This document shows, piece after piece, positions 11,641 through 24,700 of a stretch of 64,000 bases of DNA. The stretch spans positions 4,340,001 through 4,404,000 of the forward strand of contig CP089277.1 in NCBI GenBank assembly GCA_023920165.1, in the 5' to 3' direction. This DNA comes from Curvularia clavata (taxonomy: Eukaryota). The notes under the pieces were generated by a model, which ran no database searches, was not told where the DNA came from, and saw nothing but the letters and a program-made list of their open reading frames with translations. Made by a program: the position numbers and the translations under genes. Every line of letters begins with the position of its first letter. Position 1 is the stretch's first letter.

Positions 11641-13012
11641 GGTGCAGTATGGTGTTTAAAACGTAATTTTTTGCGAAGAGAGCTTTCTTTAGAGAAGATG
11701 AACAAGAAGATTTCATGTCAGACCCGAGTCTTAGTCTAAGCCTGGACCATCCGTGATAGAGAATGGGACGATGGTCTGTGCTCGAGACCGTTGACCGGGA
11801 CCGAGGCGAGCTTTGGTGGCATTGTGGGACTAGGATAGAGTGAGCTATCTTGCGCTGATTGAATGTCCAAGTAATGTCAGACACGCCTAGCCGTATTATT
11901 AGTGTCACTAACAACAACCGCTGCAGCGATGTGCACACCCAGAAGAACATCTGCAAGCACAAGAAAAGCGGAAACAAGACCTAGATCTCCTTCCGCCTGG
12001 TCATAACGTATGCGCAGCAGAGAAGCACGCCTTCCAGGTCATCCCCCTAACCGACATGCAGCATGTTTCCTGCCTCCTCAAACAGCCCGCCGGCGCGGAC
12101 GTTGACCTCTTCCACAAAACCGCCAGCGACATGCTCACCAAGGCACGCGCAGTTGATCACCCGGATGGCTGGCTGAACGTGGGTTCATTTTTGAGCTCAT
12201 GGGGATAGCACGGAGCCTGCTGCCCCGTCTCAGAAACTACCATGGGCGCACGTCAAGAACACTGCTGCAAACAACGTCCTCTTCCAGTACACATGGAACA
12301 TGTGAGACTGCTACGAAGACCAGCTCGCCTCGGCCATTATCAAGTACCGCTGGACCATGGCCCTGCTGGGTCATGTGTACGCCAACAAGATCATGCAGCC
12401 CGAGAATAACGATCGTGCTGCAGGCAGCGATAATTCCCGCAATCACTATGGTGAGGGCAAGATCCGCACAGTATCTAGCAACACCCCGTTTAAGAAGCAG
12501 AGACGTGCCAGCCACTGGTAAAAAGCAGCCGTGACGCTTGGCTGGGAATTCTCCATCTGTGCAAAACTATAACTTTAACAGCTTGGCTTCGGCCTTTTGT
12601 GTAATATTTTGTGAAACATTTTGTGAATTACATTTTGATTTCTGAACTAATAGTCACAACCCACCCAGCTCCGCAAAGCTAGATCGACATATCGTCAACT
12701 CCCTCCCTCGTGTCGGCGACATCAATGTCCTCCATCTCCACGTCCTCCATTTCCCCCACTTTCTTCAACTCTGCCCGGACGAAATACAACAACGCGCCCA
12801 TCCAAGACCGACTCGAGTCACCCCAAAGACGACCTCCGAAGGCCTGCTGCTCAGGTGTCGGCATATGAGCAGTAATGGTCTTTCGAATGTCAGCCATGTT
12901 ACTCTCCATCCATTCCACAGTCCTCGAGCTAGGCAGTAGTCCCATCCATCTAATTAACTCCTAGCCCAATTTCTTGGCGGAGTAGTAAGATCCTAATTTA
13001 TTTGATGGCTGT

Positions 13013-14900
13013 CTACTTATATTTACTCGGAAGATTGATTTTGCGGCCGCGCGTAGTGGTTTTGGTGGAGGGCTCGGGTGGCTGCGGTGCAGACGCACCA
13101 CCACTCTGATCATCCGCAACACCACGACGCTTAGCTGTTTTTAATATTTGACTTGATGAAGCTTTTCTTTTACCTTTATTCCCTCTATCTTGAAGTTTTT
13201 TTTGGTGTTGCAGCAACGCGTTCTTGTTGTTTTTGAGCTCGGGCAGCCGCAAGTTGCGCAGCCTTCGCCTCCCGCTCCTTTGCTCGTGCCTCCCGTGCCA
13301 ACTGTCGGGCTTCTTTTGCTTCTGCTGCAATCTTTTTTTTATAGGCAGTAGCAGCAGCTTTAATCTCTTTTTGCTCTTGTTTTCGGAGTTTTTCTACCTT
13401 AGCTTCTTGTTGTTTTGCGTATTCACGAGCCCAAGCTTCTTGTACTGAGTGAGGACTCCACACCACCACCAAACTTTGATACTCTTGGTGCTGCTGAAGA
13501 TCTAGAACTGGATTGTGCTTTTTCTTCTGTTTTTTGGCGTTGATTTCACTGCGTAACTCTTCGTTTTCATGGTGGAGCAGCGCATTTCTGACCTAAAGTG
13601 AATGGAGTGCCTATTTTAGCTCTTTGGCTTCAACTTTTGACTTATCTGGGACAGCAGCGTCGTATAACTTAGACAGCTGTCTCCAAGTATCCCCATCTCC
13701 ATACTATCTAACTCCTGTATCTATATCCTGTTGTGGTATTGAGATTTTGAAGCGTTGGAGTACAACTTCTGGATCGAGTGGATGAACTCTAGTAGCCGCA
13801 AAGCTGCTTGTAATATTCTTAAATGTGAAATTCGATGTATATGCCGCCCCAAATAAGCTTATAAAGTCACTTTTTTGCACGCGCAGTAACCCCTAACAGC
13901 GGCGGAGAAAGTCGGATAGTTCATTCGAGTAAGCTGTCGACAGAGGAGAATACAACACCACGTCGAGTGGCTGAAGACTGTGAGTCGCATGGGGGGGAAA
14001 GATCGCAATCAGGATTCGATGGGAGTCGCAGTGATCGATAAAGGATGGAGTAACGTGACTTCCATGGCCGTCGAGCAGAAGAAGTCTGTAGTCTCGTTTT
14101 GCTTTCCCCTTTGTCTTCCGGTCAAACACCTGTTCAACCCAAGCCTTTGCCAGCTCATTGTTACTCCAGCCAGACTCAGTTGTAGAGCAAAAAACCTTGT
14201 GTTTATCCACCTCCAAGTCTTGTATCCATCGCTCGCGAAGACCGACATTTCCTTCGAAGATAATCATAGGATCAATCCAGCTCCCATCAGCACAAATACA
14301 AGCCAAAACTGTTATCCACTTTCTACTACCATCTTGCAAGGCTGCTGTAACTTTCTTTTGGTCCCAAAGTTGTTTTGAAAACACTCTTTTAGACCTTTCT
14401 GCAACCCCAAGAAGGAACCCCTTCTCATCCATATTATAGATATTGTGTGGCTCTACGTTATACTGAGCGATCTTAGCACGAAGGAGTTCGAAATACGATC
14501 GGTAACTATCAATATTGTCAGCTTGGTGACGCTCCTGATCAATTCCAGTCACAAATTTAGTAGTAAGATGATCGCGGCGTCGACGAAGAAATCTGGAAAT
14601 CCAGCTGTCCGAAGGCTCCCATTCTGCAATAACTAATACGTAGTTTTTAATTATAGATCTAGTAGGTGGAAGAGCACGCTCATTTAAGTCCTGTATATAT
14701 CTTATAAGCTCGGATTCTTGTGGTGGACTGAGAAGTTAGCGTTGGTGTGTCGCGTCGTCACGCGACTAAGTTTTGTTTTGGTGTCTCCGCGCTAACGTAT
14801 TGCGGTCAACACCAAAGATTTTTGCAGCTTCACGGTACGAGATTTGTCCTTCTGAGCCTTGCAAATCGATTGCTGCAATCGCTTTTGAAATCGGATCCAT
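13013..14900 (-). pseudogene. pogo/Fot1 DDE_1 transposase pseudogene
   Basis: MDPISKAIAAID… HTH, then YNMDEKGF, LLLDGHGSH and HSLQPLDV. Several in-frame TAA/TAG stops are consistent with RIP. Confidence 0.85.
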
Positions 14901-14940
14901 GGTGGTGGAGTTATGTGGTGTTGAAGAGAATGGATTACTA

Positions 14941-16795
14941 ACGTGTTTTACAAGCGAGTCGCCCGTACAAGCGAGGCGCCCACCCCATCAACTTTGATCA
15001 CCTTTACCCCTTAAATTAGCAATGCCTCAACACTACCAAGCTCTATTGCACTCAAATGAAGCTAATATACAGCTTTCTATCTCATCTCTTAATAGGAATC
15101 AAATTAAGACTGTAAGAGCAGCTGCTCAGACGTTTGATGTCCCTCGTTCGACGCTACGTGACCGACGCGCTGGCAAGCTTGCCCGACGCGATTGCCAGCC
15201 CAACTCAAAGAAGCTTACCAAGCTAGAAGAGGAGGTGATAATCAGCCATATACTTGATCTCGATCTACGTGGATTTTCGCCTACCTACGCAGCTGTGCGC
15301 GATATGGCCGATAGACTCCTGGCTGCGCGCGGCGCTGGCACGGTTGGTATCCACTGGCCGCGCAACTTTGTCAAGCGTACAGACAGTCTTACGACGCGTT
15401 TCAATCGAGCGTACGATAGGCAAAGAGCCCTATGTGAAGATCCAGTCTTAATCAAGAGCTGGTTTGAGCTTATAGAGCAGACAAAAGCCAAGTACGGCAT
15501 CTGTGACGAGGACGTCTACAACTTCGACGAAGCTGGCTTTTTAATGGGCAAGATCACCACTCAGCTTGTCGTTACAGCATCAGAGAGAAGAGGTCGGCCA
15601 AAGGCTGTCCAGCCAGGCAATCGTGAGTGGGTGACGTTTATCGCTGCGGTTAACGCAGCTGGCTGGTCTATCCCACCGTTTCTGATCTTTACTGGCAAAT
15701 ATCACCTATCTGCCTGGTACGAGGAAGCAGAGATCCCACGCGACTGGGCAGTCGCAGTTAGCAAAAACGGCTGGACGACGAACGAGCTAGGAGTTGAGTG
15801 GCTAAAGCACTTTGTCAAGCATACAGAGGGCAAAGTAGTTGGAGCACGTCGCCTACTTATCCTTGACGGCCATGAGAGCCACCAGTCACTTGAGTTCCAA
15901 GAGCTCTGTAAAGATAACAATATCTACACGCTCTGTATGCCGCCCCACTCGTCTCACCTACTCCAGCCTCTTGACGTTGGCTGCTTCTCGCCATTAAAGC
16001 GTGCATATAGCCGTGAGGTGGAGAGTCTGATACGCAACCACATCAACCACATCACCAAGCTCGAGTTTCTACCAGCGTTTAAGGCAGCTTTCGATCAATC
16101 CTTTACGGCAGCCAATATCTGCTCAGCTTTCCGAGGCGCAGGCCTTATTCCTCTCCAGCCAGATACTGTTCTATCAAAGCTTGACGTACAGCTGCGTACG
16201 CCTACCCCTCCAGCTGCTCTCACAGAAGCACTCTGGCAGGCCTGTACACCAAGCAACGTACGCGAGCTTGAAGCTCAATCAACGCTAATAAGCAATCGTG
16301 TTCGGCGGCATAAAAGTTCATCACCAGCTTCGATTATTGCGGCGATTAGCCAGCTTAAGAAAGGAGCAGAGATAATGATGCTCTCAGCTGAGCTAATGCG
16401 CGATCGGATCGCCAGTCTTGAAAAGGCTAACGAAGCAGCTACAAAGCGTAGACAGCGAAAAAAAAAGCGGATACAGAAACAAGGAGTACTTACAAAGGGA
16501 GCTGGCGAGGATATAATTGCTCAACGCGAGGCTGATGAGCAGATTGCTTGTGAGGAGCGTCAGGGTGGAGAGCGATTAGGTATCAGCCGCCAGGCTCTGG
16601 CGCGCTGTAGTAGGTGTAGAGAGACCGGCCATAATTCGCGCACGTGTAAAAAAGACTTGTAATATAGTATATATTATAATGTATTTCTCTTTTTCTATTA
16701 TATTATGACGTTGTTGAGTTATACAACTTCGAAGGTGATTAAAGCTGGTGGGGTGGGCGCCTCGCTTGTATGGGCGACTCGCTTGTAAAACACGT
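14941..16795 (+). mobile_element. Intact pogo/Fot1 (Tc1/mariner superfamily) transposon A
   Basis: ~47 bp TIRs (acgtgttttacaagcgagtcgccc…). TA on both sides (14939-40, 16796-97). Full transposase ORF. Confidence 0.95.
15022..16662 (+). CDS. Fot1/pogo transposase (HTH_psq/CENP-B HTH, DDE_1, C-terminal CCHC)
   Basis: [38 protein letters not shown]; 546 aa uninterrupted. Confidence 0.95.
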   Translation: MPQHYQALLHSNEANIQLSISSLNRNQIKTVRAAAQTFDVPRSTLRDRRAGKLARRDCQPNSKKLTKLEEEVIISHILDLDLRGFSPTYAAVRDMADRLLAARGAGTVGIHWPRNFVKRTDSLTTRFNRAYDRQRALCEDPVLIKSWFELIEQTKAKYGICDEDVYNFDEAGFLMGKITTQLVVTASERRGRPKAVQPGNREWVTFIAAVNAAGWSIPPFLIFTGKYHLSAWYEEAEIPRDWAVAVSKNGWTTNELGVEWLKHFVKHTEGKVVGARRLLILDGHESHQSLEFQELCKDNNIYTLCMPPHSSHLLQPLDVGCFSPLKRAYSREVESLIRNHINHITKLEFLPAFKAAFDQSFTAANICSAFRGAGLIPLQPDTVLSKLDVQLRTPTPPAALTEALWQACTPSNVRELEAQSTLISNRVRRHKSSSPASIIAAISQLKKGAEIMMLSAELMRDRIASLEKANEAATKRRQRKKKRIQKQGVLTKGAGEDIIAQREADEQIACEERQGGERLGISRQALARCSRCRETGHNSRTCKKDL

Positions 16796-16910
16796 TATGC
16801 TACTTTTGGTGGGGTGGCTCATTGTCTGACCATGCTCACGCACTGACCATGCCCGATATACAATGCTACGTGAATCGACACCCGGTATATCTTAATTAGA
16901 TGATTGCGTA

Positions 16911-18771
16911 ACGTAGTTTACAAGCGAGTGACGCGTACAAGCGAGTGACGCACCCCACGAACTTTGCGCACCTCTCATCTCTTTACATACAATGGCTCAA
17001 CACCAGATTACTCAAACACATTCAGAAGAAGCAGATATCCAGCTTGCTATCTCATCTATTAATACTAAACAAATTCAAAGCAATCGCTCTGCTGCTGCAG
17101 TCTACAACGTGTCTGAAGCAACACTCCGCCGCCGACGCGCTGGCATGGCTGCCCGACGTGATTGCCAGCCTAATTCAAAGAAGCTTACAAAGCTAGAAGA
17201 GGAGGTGATAGTCAATCATATACTAGACCTTGATTTACGTGGATTTTCACCTACCTATGCAGCTGTGCGCGATATGGCTGACAGACTCCTGACTGCGCGC
17301 GGCGCTGGCCAGGTTGGCGTCCACTGGCCGCGCAACTTCGTCAAGCGTACAGACAGTCTTACGACGCGTTTTAATCGAGCGTACGATAGACAAAGAGCTC
17401 TATGTGAAGATCCAGCCCTAATCAAGAGCTGGTTTGAGCTTGTAGAGCAGACAAAGGCCAAGTACGGCATCTGTGACGAGGACGTCTACAACTTTGACGA
17501 AGCTGGCTTTTCAATGGGCAAGATTACTACTCAGCTTGTCGTTACAGCGTCAGAAAGAAGAGCTCGACCAAAGGCTATCCAGCCAGGTGGTCGCGAGTGG
17601 GTGACGTTTATCGCTGGGATTAACGCAGCTGGCTGGTCTATCCCACCATTTCTGATCTTTACTGGCAAGTATCACCTCTCTGCCTGGTATGAGGAGGCAG
17701 AGATCCCACGCGACTGGGCGATCGCAGTCAGCGATAACGGCTGGACGACCAACGAGCTAGGAGTTGAGTGGCTAAAGCACTTTATCAAGCATACAGATGG
17801 CAAGGTTGTTGGGGCACGCCGGCTGCTTATTCTTGACGGCCATGAGAGCCACCAGTCACTCGGGTTCCAAGAGCTCTGCAAGCAGAACAATATCTACACG
17901 CTCTGTATGCCGCCTCACTCGTCTCACCTGCTCCAGCCTCTTGACGTTGGCTGCTTCTCACCATTGAAGCGCGCGTACAGCCGTGAGGTAGAGAGTCTGA
18001 TACGCCACCATATCAACCACATCACTAAGCTCGAGTTTCTACCAGCGTTCAAGGCAGCTTTTGATCAATCATTCACGTCAGCCAATATCTGCTCAGCTTT
18101 CCGAGGCGCAGGCCTTGTTCCTCTCCAGCCAGACGCTGTTCTTTCAAAGCTTGACGTGCAGCTACGTACGCCAACTACGCCAACTCTACCAGCTCTCGCA
18201 GAAGCTCTCTGGCAGGCCTGTACACCAAGCAACGTACGCGAGCTTGAAGCTCAATCAACACTAATAAGTAATCGCGTTCGACGGCATAAAAGCTCATCAC
18301 CAGCGTCAATCATTGCAGCGATTAGCCAGCTTAAGAAGGGGGCAGAGATAATGATACTCTCGGCTGAGCTAATGCGCGATCGAATTGCTAGCCTTGAGAG
18401 AGCTAATACAGTAGTATCAGAGCGTAGAAAGCGTAAGAAAAAGCGGATACAGAAGCGTGGAGTCCTTATAAAGGGAGCTGGCGAGGATATTATCGCTCAA
18501 CGCGAGGCTAATGAGCAGATTGCTTATGAAGAGCGTCAGGGAGGAGAGCGATCAGATGTCAGCCGCCAGGCTCTGGCGCGCTGTAGTAGGTGTAGAGAGA
18601 CTGGCCATAACTCACGTACATGTAAGAAAGATGCTCTAGCTAGTACTTAATCTACTTTACTAGTTTCTATATATTATACTATTGCGTTGTTGAGTGATAT
18701 AGCTTTAGAGGTGCGCAAAGTTCGTGGGGTGCGTCACTCGCTTGTACGCGTCACTCGCTTGTAAACTACGT
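16911..18771 (+). mobile_element. Intact pogo/Fot1 transposon B
   Basis: 65 bp TIRs that look perfect by eye (acgtagtttacaagcgagtgacgcgtacaagcgagtgacgcacccc…). TA at 16909-10 and 18772-73. Confidence 0.95.
16992..18650 (+). CDS. Fot1/pogo transposase, paralogous to element A
   Basis: Same DDE_1 motifs and CCHC tail; 552 aa uninterrupted. Confidence 0.95.
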   Translation: MAQHQITQTHSEEADIQLAISSINTKQIQSNRSAAAVYNVSEATLRRRRAGMAARRDCQPNSKKLTKLEEEVIVNHILDLDLRGFSPTYAAVRDMADRLLTARGAGQVGVHWPRNFVKRTDSLTTRFNRAYDRQRALCEDPALIKSWFELVEQTKAKYGICDEDVYNFDEAGFSMGKITTQLVVTASERRARPKAIQPGGREWVTFIAGINAAGWSIPPFLIFTGKYHLSAWYEEAEIPRDWAIAVSDNGWTTNELGVEWLKHFIKHTDGKVVGARRLLILDGHESHQSLGFQELCKQNNIYTLCMPPHSSHLLQPLDVGCFSPLKRAYSREVESLIRHHINHITKLEFLPAFKAAFDQSFTSANICSAFRGAGLVPLQPDAVLSKLDVQLRTPTTPTLPALAEALWQACTPSNVRELEAQSTLISNRVRRHKSSSPASIIAAISQLKKGAEIMILSAELMRDRIASLERANTVVSERRKRKKKRIQKRGVLIKGAGEDIIAQREANEQIAYEERQGGERSDVSRQALARCSRCRETGHNSRTCKKDALAST

Positions 18772-18911
18772 TACTCTGACTTAAAAACGCGCGTATACGA
18801 CCCAGATCAGACGATATTAATAATCCTTATCTATTATAGTCTAGCGCAAATTAGCCTCTTGGGATTTGCGTTTTAGTGCTAGCGTGAGCTTACATAAGTG
18901 AGATCATGCTA

Positions 18912-20537
18912 ACACCCCTGTGACAATAAAAGTGTCCGCCCCGAGCACGGGCCCCCAACCACCAAGCTAGCTTCTCCTGCCCACTACAGCTTTGCACCAC
19001 CACAACTCCATCAATATGTAATATTTTTAAGCGATTTTCTTCGTCACATGACTCCTAAGACTCGTAGCTGTCGTTCTTCAAAGCCGCATCTCAATACACC
19101 AAAGCGGGCGCGGTTTTTTGAAGCTGTAGATCGTGGCGGTGCAGAACCCCTAAGCTCCATATATGAACAGTTCAATATTAACGAGAGGACTGGCCGACGC
19201 TACCTTCGAGATCGCGATTTATATGGCTCTCTTGCTGACTTCTGATCTAAACTTCGAGTCTATAAGTAAGAAATTACTGGAAGCACTGGCTCTGGACGCC
19301 CAACAGTCGTGTCAGACGATTAGTTACATGCTATGCTTAAAGCTCTACTAGAAGTCCGATCTTCTAAACTCTTAGATCAGATATCGCGAGTAGGTATATT
19401 AGCGTCTAAGCGGACTGTCCAGCGCCGTCTCCGGAGGATGAATGCTAGAGTCTATCGAGCTGCTACGTCTAAAAGAATTACTCTAGCCTAAGCCACCCAG
19501 CGTCGTCATTACTGCGAGAAATATCGACTCAAGCCTATCCATGGCTTCTGGGATGGAGTAATGTTTACTGACGAAGCTTATATGTCGATGAGCGAGCTGC
19601 CGCAGCAGAATATTTTACGGATTCAAGGTGAAAGAAATATCCTAAAAAACATACTCTTAACTCCTTCAAGAATAGCTACGGACCTACACTTTGCTGTCTG
19701 GGTGAATTACTATGATAGACAAGCCGATCTAGTCTTTTATAATGATGAAATGGACGACGTTGAGATTAAAAAACCACCACCAAAACTACGACGTCGTCCG
19801 ACGACTGAGACTGATGATGTATATTAAGCCCGGGTGGCTGACTGGGAGGCTTAGAAAGCTCTTAATCTAATTATTTCTCGTCCGGGCAACTCTATGACGG
19901 CAGAATATTATACTAAAAACATCCTCCCAATCTATGGCGACGCCTACATCTCGCTAGTCTCTCAGAGTAACTCACTCCGCGCCCACATCCACCAAGATTA
20001 TCGGTATAACTGGTATCTTGTTGAAGACAACGACCCAAGTCATGGCACTAAGAATCCAGTCTCAGTGCCGTCGCGATATCGAGAAAATCACGGCATCAAG
20101 ACACTACGTCACCCAGCTAACTCACCAGACTTCAACCCAATTGAGAGTCTTTGGGAGCTAATTAAAGAACGAGTAAAACGAAATATTAGGAATATCAACA
20201 CTATAAGCGATCTTAAAGCTGCTCTATAAGCAGAGTGGAGAAATATTAGTCAAGACGACGTCCAGCGGCGGATTAGAGAGATGCCAAAGAGACTGCAGAA
20301 AGCTTATCAGCATCCAGAAGTTCGAGTCAAAACACGACTTTGGTAACTCAACACCAAAAAACTAGGTTATACTACTATTAATATACAAATATTTGGCTTC
20401 AAAAACGCTCTAAAACCAGCCTTCAAGTGTTGCGATAGTGATACACACAATCAATATGTTGGGTTGTATGAGGTTGTCACCCAAAACAGCATAGCGTCGG
20501 AGTGTCGGAACGGACATTTTTTTTGTCACAGGGGTGC
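18912..20537 (+). mobile_element. Decayed Tc1-like transposon
   Basis: TIRs cacccctgtgacaa…tgtccg / cggacat…ttgtcacaggggtg, with TA flanks (18910-11, 20538-39). Confidence 0.85.
19048..20346 (+). pseudogene. Tc1-like (DDE_3) transposase pseudogene, D-D38-E spacing
   Basis: MFTDEA, VEDNDPSHG and HPANSPDFNPIESLW motifs, with multiple in-frame stops. Confidence 0.85.
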
Positions 20538-20567
20538 TAACGTGGCAACACAAAATAGTTAATGTGA

Positions 20568-21356
20568 GTGCGTATATTTACTAGCACACGCAATTCGCAA
20601 ATACTGGTTATTACGACAACTATGCCTACTGATACTAGCCTGGCAGGAGGCGTTACCATTGCTTCGAACTGGAGGGATGGAGGTGTACGGGTATCAGTAA
20701 CGAGGACGTACGAGCCGGAGGCGATTGATGAGGCTACCTTGGAATGGGTGAAGGGCCAAAACTGGTATTGCTTTGATACGACATGCAAGGCGACGCTATC
20801 ACACTTTACGTTATGGCCAAAAGCGATACTCTCGTCTATAAAACACGTTACGCTTACACGGACGATGATGGCTTCAGATGATCTCGACAACTACGCATAC
20901 GCAAATGATCTTGGGCGAAAACTACGAGAGGAAGTCATACTTGATAGTGTTACACTCGCAGTTCCACATGATAAGGGGTTGCTTAATATAAAATCAGATG
21001 AGTATGAGTGGTGGATGTGGACACTACATAAGGGGACGATTGATGGTTTTAAGGAAAGGCGTATTGCAACAGTTCGGTTTTTATTCCAGAGGCGTTTTAC
21101 GGCAGTCAAGGACGCAAAGAGTTTTCAATTGTATGGAGAGATTCAGGATCTAGTACTTCAACAGGAACATGAGGATTGGTTGCATGAGTGTATCAGAGCA
21201 AGAGATGAAGGATGGTATGACGATACTGTGATGGAAAAGACGAGAGAGGAGTATTTCAGGCATTTGTGGGAGCAATTGGAATATGTTATTGATATAGATA
21301 AGGAGCGAGAGGGTGAAAATGGTACTGTACTTATTCTACGACATAAACAGAGCTAG
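20568..21356 (+). CDS. Hypothetical protein, possibly the 3' part of a gene truncated by the Tc1 insertion
   Basis: 262-codon open frame starting just after the Tc1 TIR; first ATG at 20622. No recognisable motif. Confidence 0.35.
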   Translation: MRIFTSTRNSQILVITTTMPTDTSLAGGVTIASNWRDGGVRVSVTRTYEPEAIDEATLEWVKGQNWYCFDTTCKATLSHFTLWPKAILSSIKHVTLTRTMMASDDLDNYAYANDLGRKLREEVILDSVTLAVPHDKGLLNIKSDEYEWWMWTLHKGTIDGFKERRIATVRFLFQRRFTAVKDAKSFQLYGEIQDLVLQQEHEDWLHECIRARDEGWYDDTVMEKTREEYFRHLWEQLEYVIDIDKEREGENGTVLILRHKQS

Positions 21357-21778
21357 CTATAAGACCTAGACCTGAATGGCTAAGGGTATTAGGGTAAACA
21401 ATAGTTAGAGCTTCCCGCATAGACCTAAAGTTAATATGCACTATCCTCGATCCTATAATATCTTTGTCTTTTAATTATATATCTACACTATATATTAGAA
21501 ACTGAGGTACTATATAATTAGTATCTAAAACCTAGTCTATACGATTGAGTAGTCTGATAATATTATTATCTAATTCTATTATACATGTGGTAGGAAATAC
21601 AGTATTATGCTCAAATATGATTGCTTTTCTTTATCTGTTTTCGCGTTAGTGTAATGTTCTTGCTTTGTCTAATTTTAGTCTCGTACAGATTCTCTTTGTC
21701 AAAACCATCAGTATTGATGGTAGTATTTACTTTGTCTGTGGGCTGGGCTGAACTTTTGTTTTGATCCTGGGCTATATA

Positions 21779-24700
21779 ATGACAATCCTCGCGTGCCGGG
21801 ACGCCCGGTGTAACGGGACACTTTTTCTTCCGGACGTCCGGCATGCTCACACGATATATGTAAATTGGCCGGTTCAATGTGCATGTATACTCTAGCACTA
21901 GTCCTCCTACTGCATCCCCATCCGACATCAGAGAACGCGTTGCTAACTGTGCTGTCGCTCTTTTTATTAGTGCTGTCGACCAATCCTCTCTAAGAACTCC
22001 CCTGCTCGTTTGCGGCTACGTACATTCGCCAAGAGCTCGGCAGGTCAGAGAGCGAACTGAGAAGGCGAAGATGAAGACTCTCGCCCCAGAAAGTCAATTA
22101 AGGCATGGAGTGTGCAGTCCGGCAGTTTCTCCGCGCGAAAGGTAGAATCGTCACAATGTAGCTGCCCGGCCATGCGTCTTAAGCGAGCTTTCAGCTACAG
22201 TAGCGTGCTGAGACATCTGCAACTCTTACTGCGCACTGTGGCTGGGGGTTGTAGCGCTAGAAGTGATATTTCGGGCTGCTATTATTCCCGACGCTACAAG
22301 TAATCATAGCATAATCTTGAGTTCCCAATCTCCAGTACGCGCAACCCTTATTATGCGAAGTTACTAAGTACTTTAGTATAATAATATACTCTAACTAAAA
22401 CAAACTTGCCATGCTGCTAAATACACTAATAAGGTAAAAGAGGAAGGCAGGTTTACTTGCCCTTGCACAAAGCTATGCATCTAGCTAGATAATTACTTAA
22501 ATACTAGTCGCTTGGCTTCTCCTATGCTTCGGCCTCTCCATCTGAAACTTACTAGTCAAGACTACTTACAAGACAAAAGCACTTCGCTACGGTGTTGGCG
22601 ACATGCTCGGGTAGTAGGGTGGTGCTCTCCAAGGACAAAGCTGTACCCGTCACACGCCCTATTGTACAGATTGAGAGATTCCTTGTAGTCACAGAGCGTC
22701 GCAAGCAGGTGAGCAAGGCAGTACACGCTTTCTAGCGTGTTGAGGTGCTCGGGCCCAAGCACCTTCTCGTATCCTTCCAGCGCTCGTCGATATATCGCTT
22801 CTGCCTCCTCGTACTTGCCCTGGCTCGATAGTACCAACCCAAGGTTGTTGACGCTAGTGAGCGTGTCGGGGTGCTCGCGCCCAAGCACCTTCTCGTATCC
22901 TTCCAGCGCTCGTCGATGCATCGCTTCTGCCTCCTCGTACTTGCCCTGGCTCGATAGCACCGACCCAAGGTTGTTGACGCTGGTGAGCGTGTCGGGGTGC
23001 TTGCTACCTAGTACTCTCCTTCTCGACTCTATCACTTGCATATAGAGCTCTTCAGCTCTCTTGTATTGTCCATCACTCTGCAGAGCTCTAGCGCAATCTT
23101 CTGCAAGATTTGTTCTCTCCTCGTCATCATTCTTCTCACTATGCGACAGTGCATATTGAGCGTGCGGCAGTAGTCGCCTCCATTTACTTCTATTACTGTG
23201 ATCGCTGTTTAGAAACACCTGAAGCAGCTGCGTGACTGCGCGTTGAGTGCATTCATAAAGTCGTCCCTGTATCTGCAGCTGCTCTCGTAAGGATTGGTGC
23301 ACCAATCGATGCACGTCAAATGCTGACTCAGCAGGTCGCCTTGTGACGAGCGCATACTTGTCAAGTATCATGATCGCATCTATACGGGCCTGCGGCGAAG
23401 CTGCCTCGAGCAGATCGAGCGGAATGTCCTTTCGGTCTACGCACGCAGCAAAGTAAAGCTGCTCTATAGCAATAGCGTTGCTCTGCCGGACTTGATCTAT
23501 AGAAAGAGATAGTGTAGCAGCTACAGCCTTTCTTAGACCAGACTCTCCATGCTCGCCTTCACGCAAGTCATTGCTGTACTTGAGAGCTGCTTGGTCGTGG
23601 TCGTTTAGTCGTGCTTGGTACTACTGCACTGTTATATTGCTTGCATTTATGCACGCTGCCGCTTGCGACACTGCTAGAGGCAGGTACGATAGTTCTCTTA
23701 GCAAGTGTATGGCTCCCAGCTGCTCAGCATCGGAGAGCGGCGTTGTTAAACGAGATTGTAACATCCTCAGCGCCGTGTCTGACGCCAGCTCACCTAGCGC
23801 TACTACATCTTGTGGAGCAAGCGTCTTAACCGTGTCGCTTTCTGTAGTTGTGAAGATAACAGAACATAGCTTAGAGTGCGGCAGAAAGTCCGCTAAGCCT
23901 GTAGCTTCTGCTGTTGGCGAGCCACCATGCTGGACAGTTGTGCCCTCGACGTTGTCGAAGATTAGCAAACACTGCTGCGTACTTAGCTTTGCTATGCAAC
24001 GTTTCACAATCTGCTCTATGTCTGCCTGGTCACCATCACAACCAGGAACGCCGAGCTTCTGTGCAACACTAATATAGGACTGATCGAGACTGTCTTTGCC
24101 GCTCGCATCGATCCAGAAGACTGAACAATCCTTATATTTCTCTAGCGTTCTGTGTGCAACCTCGAGCGCGAGCTGCGATTTACCTATTCCGCCAGACCCG
24201 ACTATTGCAAGCGTTAAGGTAGTCTGTGTGTTGCTGAAGAGCTTCGCTTCTAGTTCCGCGAGCTGTATTTCGCGACCCACAAAAGACTTGTTGCGCGCGA
24301 ACGGAATGATCGACGGTGCGCGGCCGGCTCTCTCCACTTCAGCCTGCAGTCTTTCTAACGCACTCTCCCTTCCTTCGCCATAGGTTGCAGGCATAGAGAC
24401 GCCAAGAAGTCCCAGCAGGCAGTATACTATATCTTCTGTCTCGGTCGTTTCGCGACCGCTAACCCATCGCATGCGCTCAGATGTGCTGAACTGGTTGAGA
24501 GGATGGTTGCGCAGCGCTGCAAGCGGAATCCCGGTAATGCTGTGCAGTAGTCGGTTGAGAGAGGCTTTGTCGCCTATATGTTGCCCTTCGCACGAGGAGA
24601 ACTCCACAGATGCTGGCGCTATCAGCTCCTGCAGCGTCCATCCGCGAGTGAACCACTTGCTCTGCCGAAAGGATACATTCCGGTCACTGCATAAGACAGA

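Larger units (their letters stand above)
12990..16856 (-). mobile_element. Decayed pogo/Fot1-type DNA transposon, interrupted by a nested Fot1 copy
   Basis: Transposase remnant at 14900-13013. A TIR-like end with internal repeats (tgaccatgctcacgcactgaccatgcccga|ta) lies at ~16808-16856, beyond the nested element. The other TIR was not found, so the left boundary is approximate. Confidence 0.7.

Noticed and set aside
10268..11977. 569-aa OMT ORF as listed in the track
   Set aside because: Its N-terminal part is read-through of upstream and intron DNA in another frame. The spliced model from ATG 11640 gives a typical OMT.
12040..12945. Short ORFs and coding-like GC-rich DNA upstream of the OMT
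   Set aside because: Fragmented, with no recognisable domain; possibly a gene relic but cannot be assigned.
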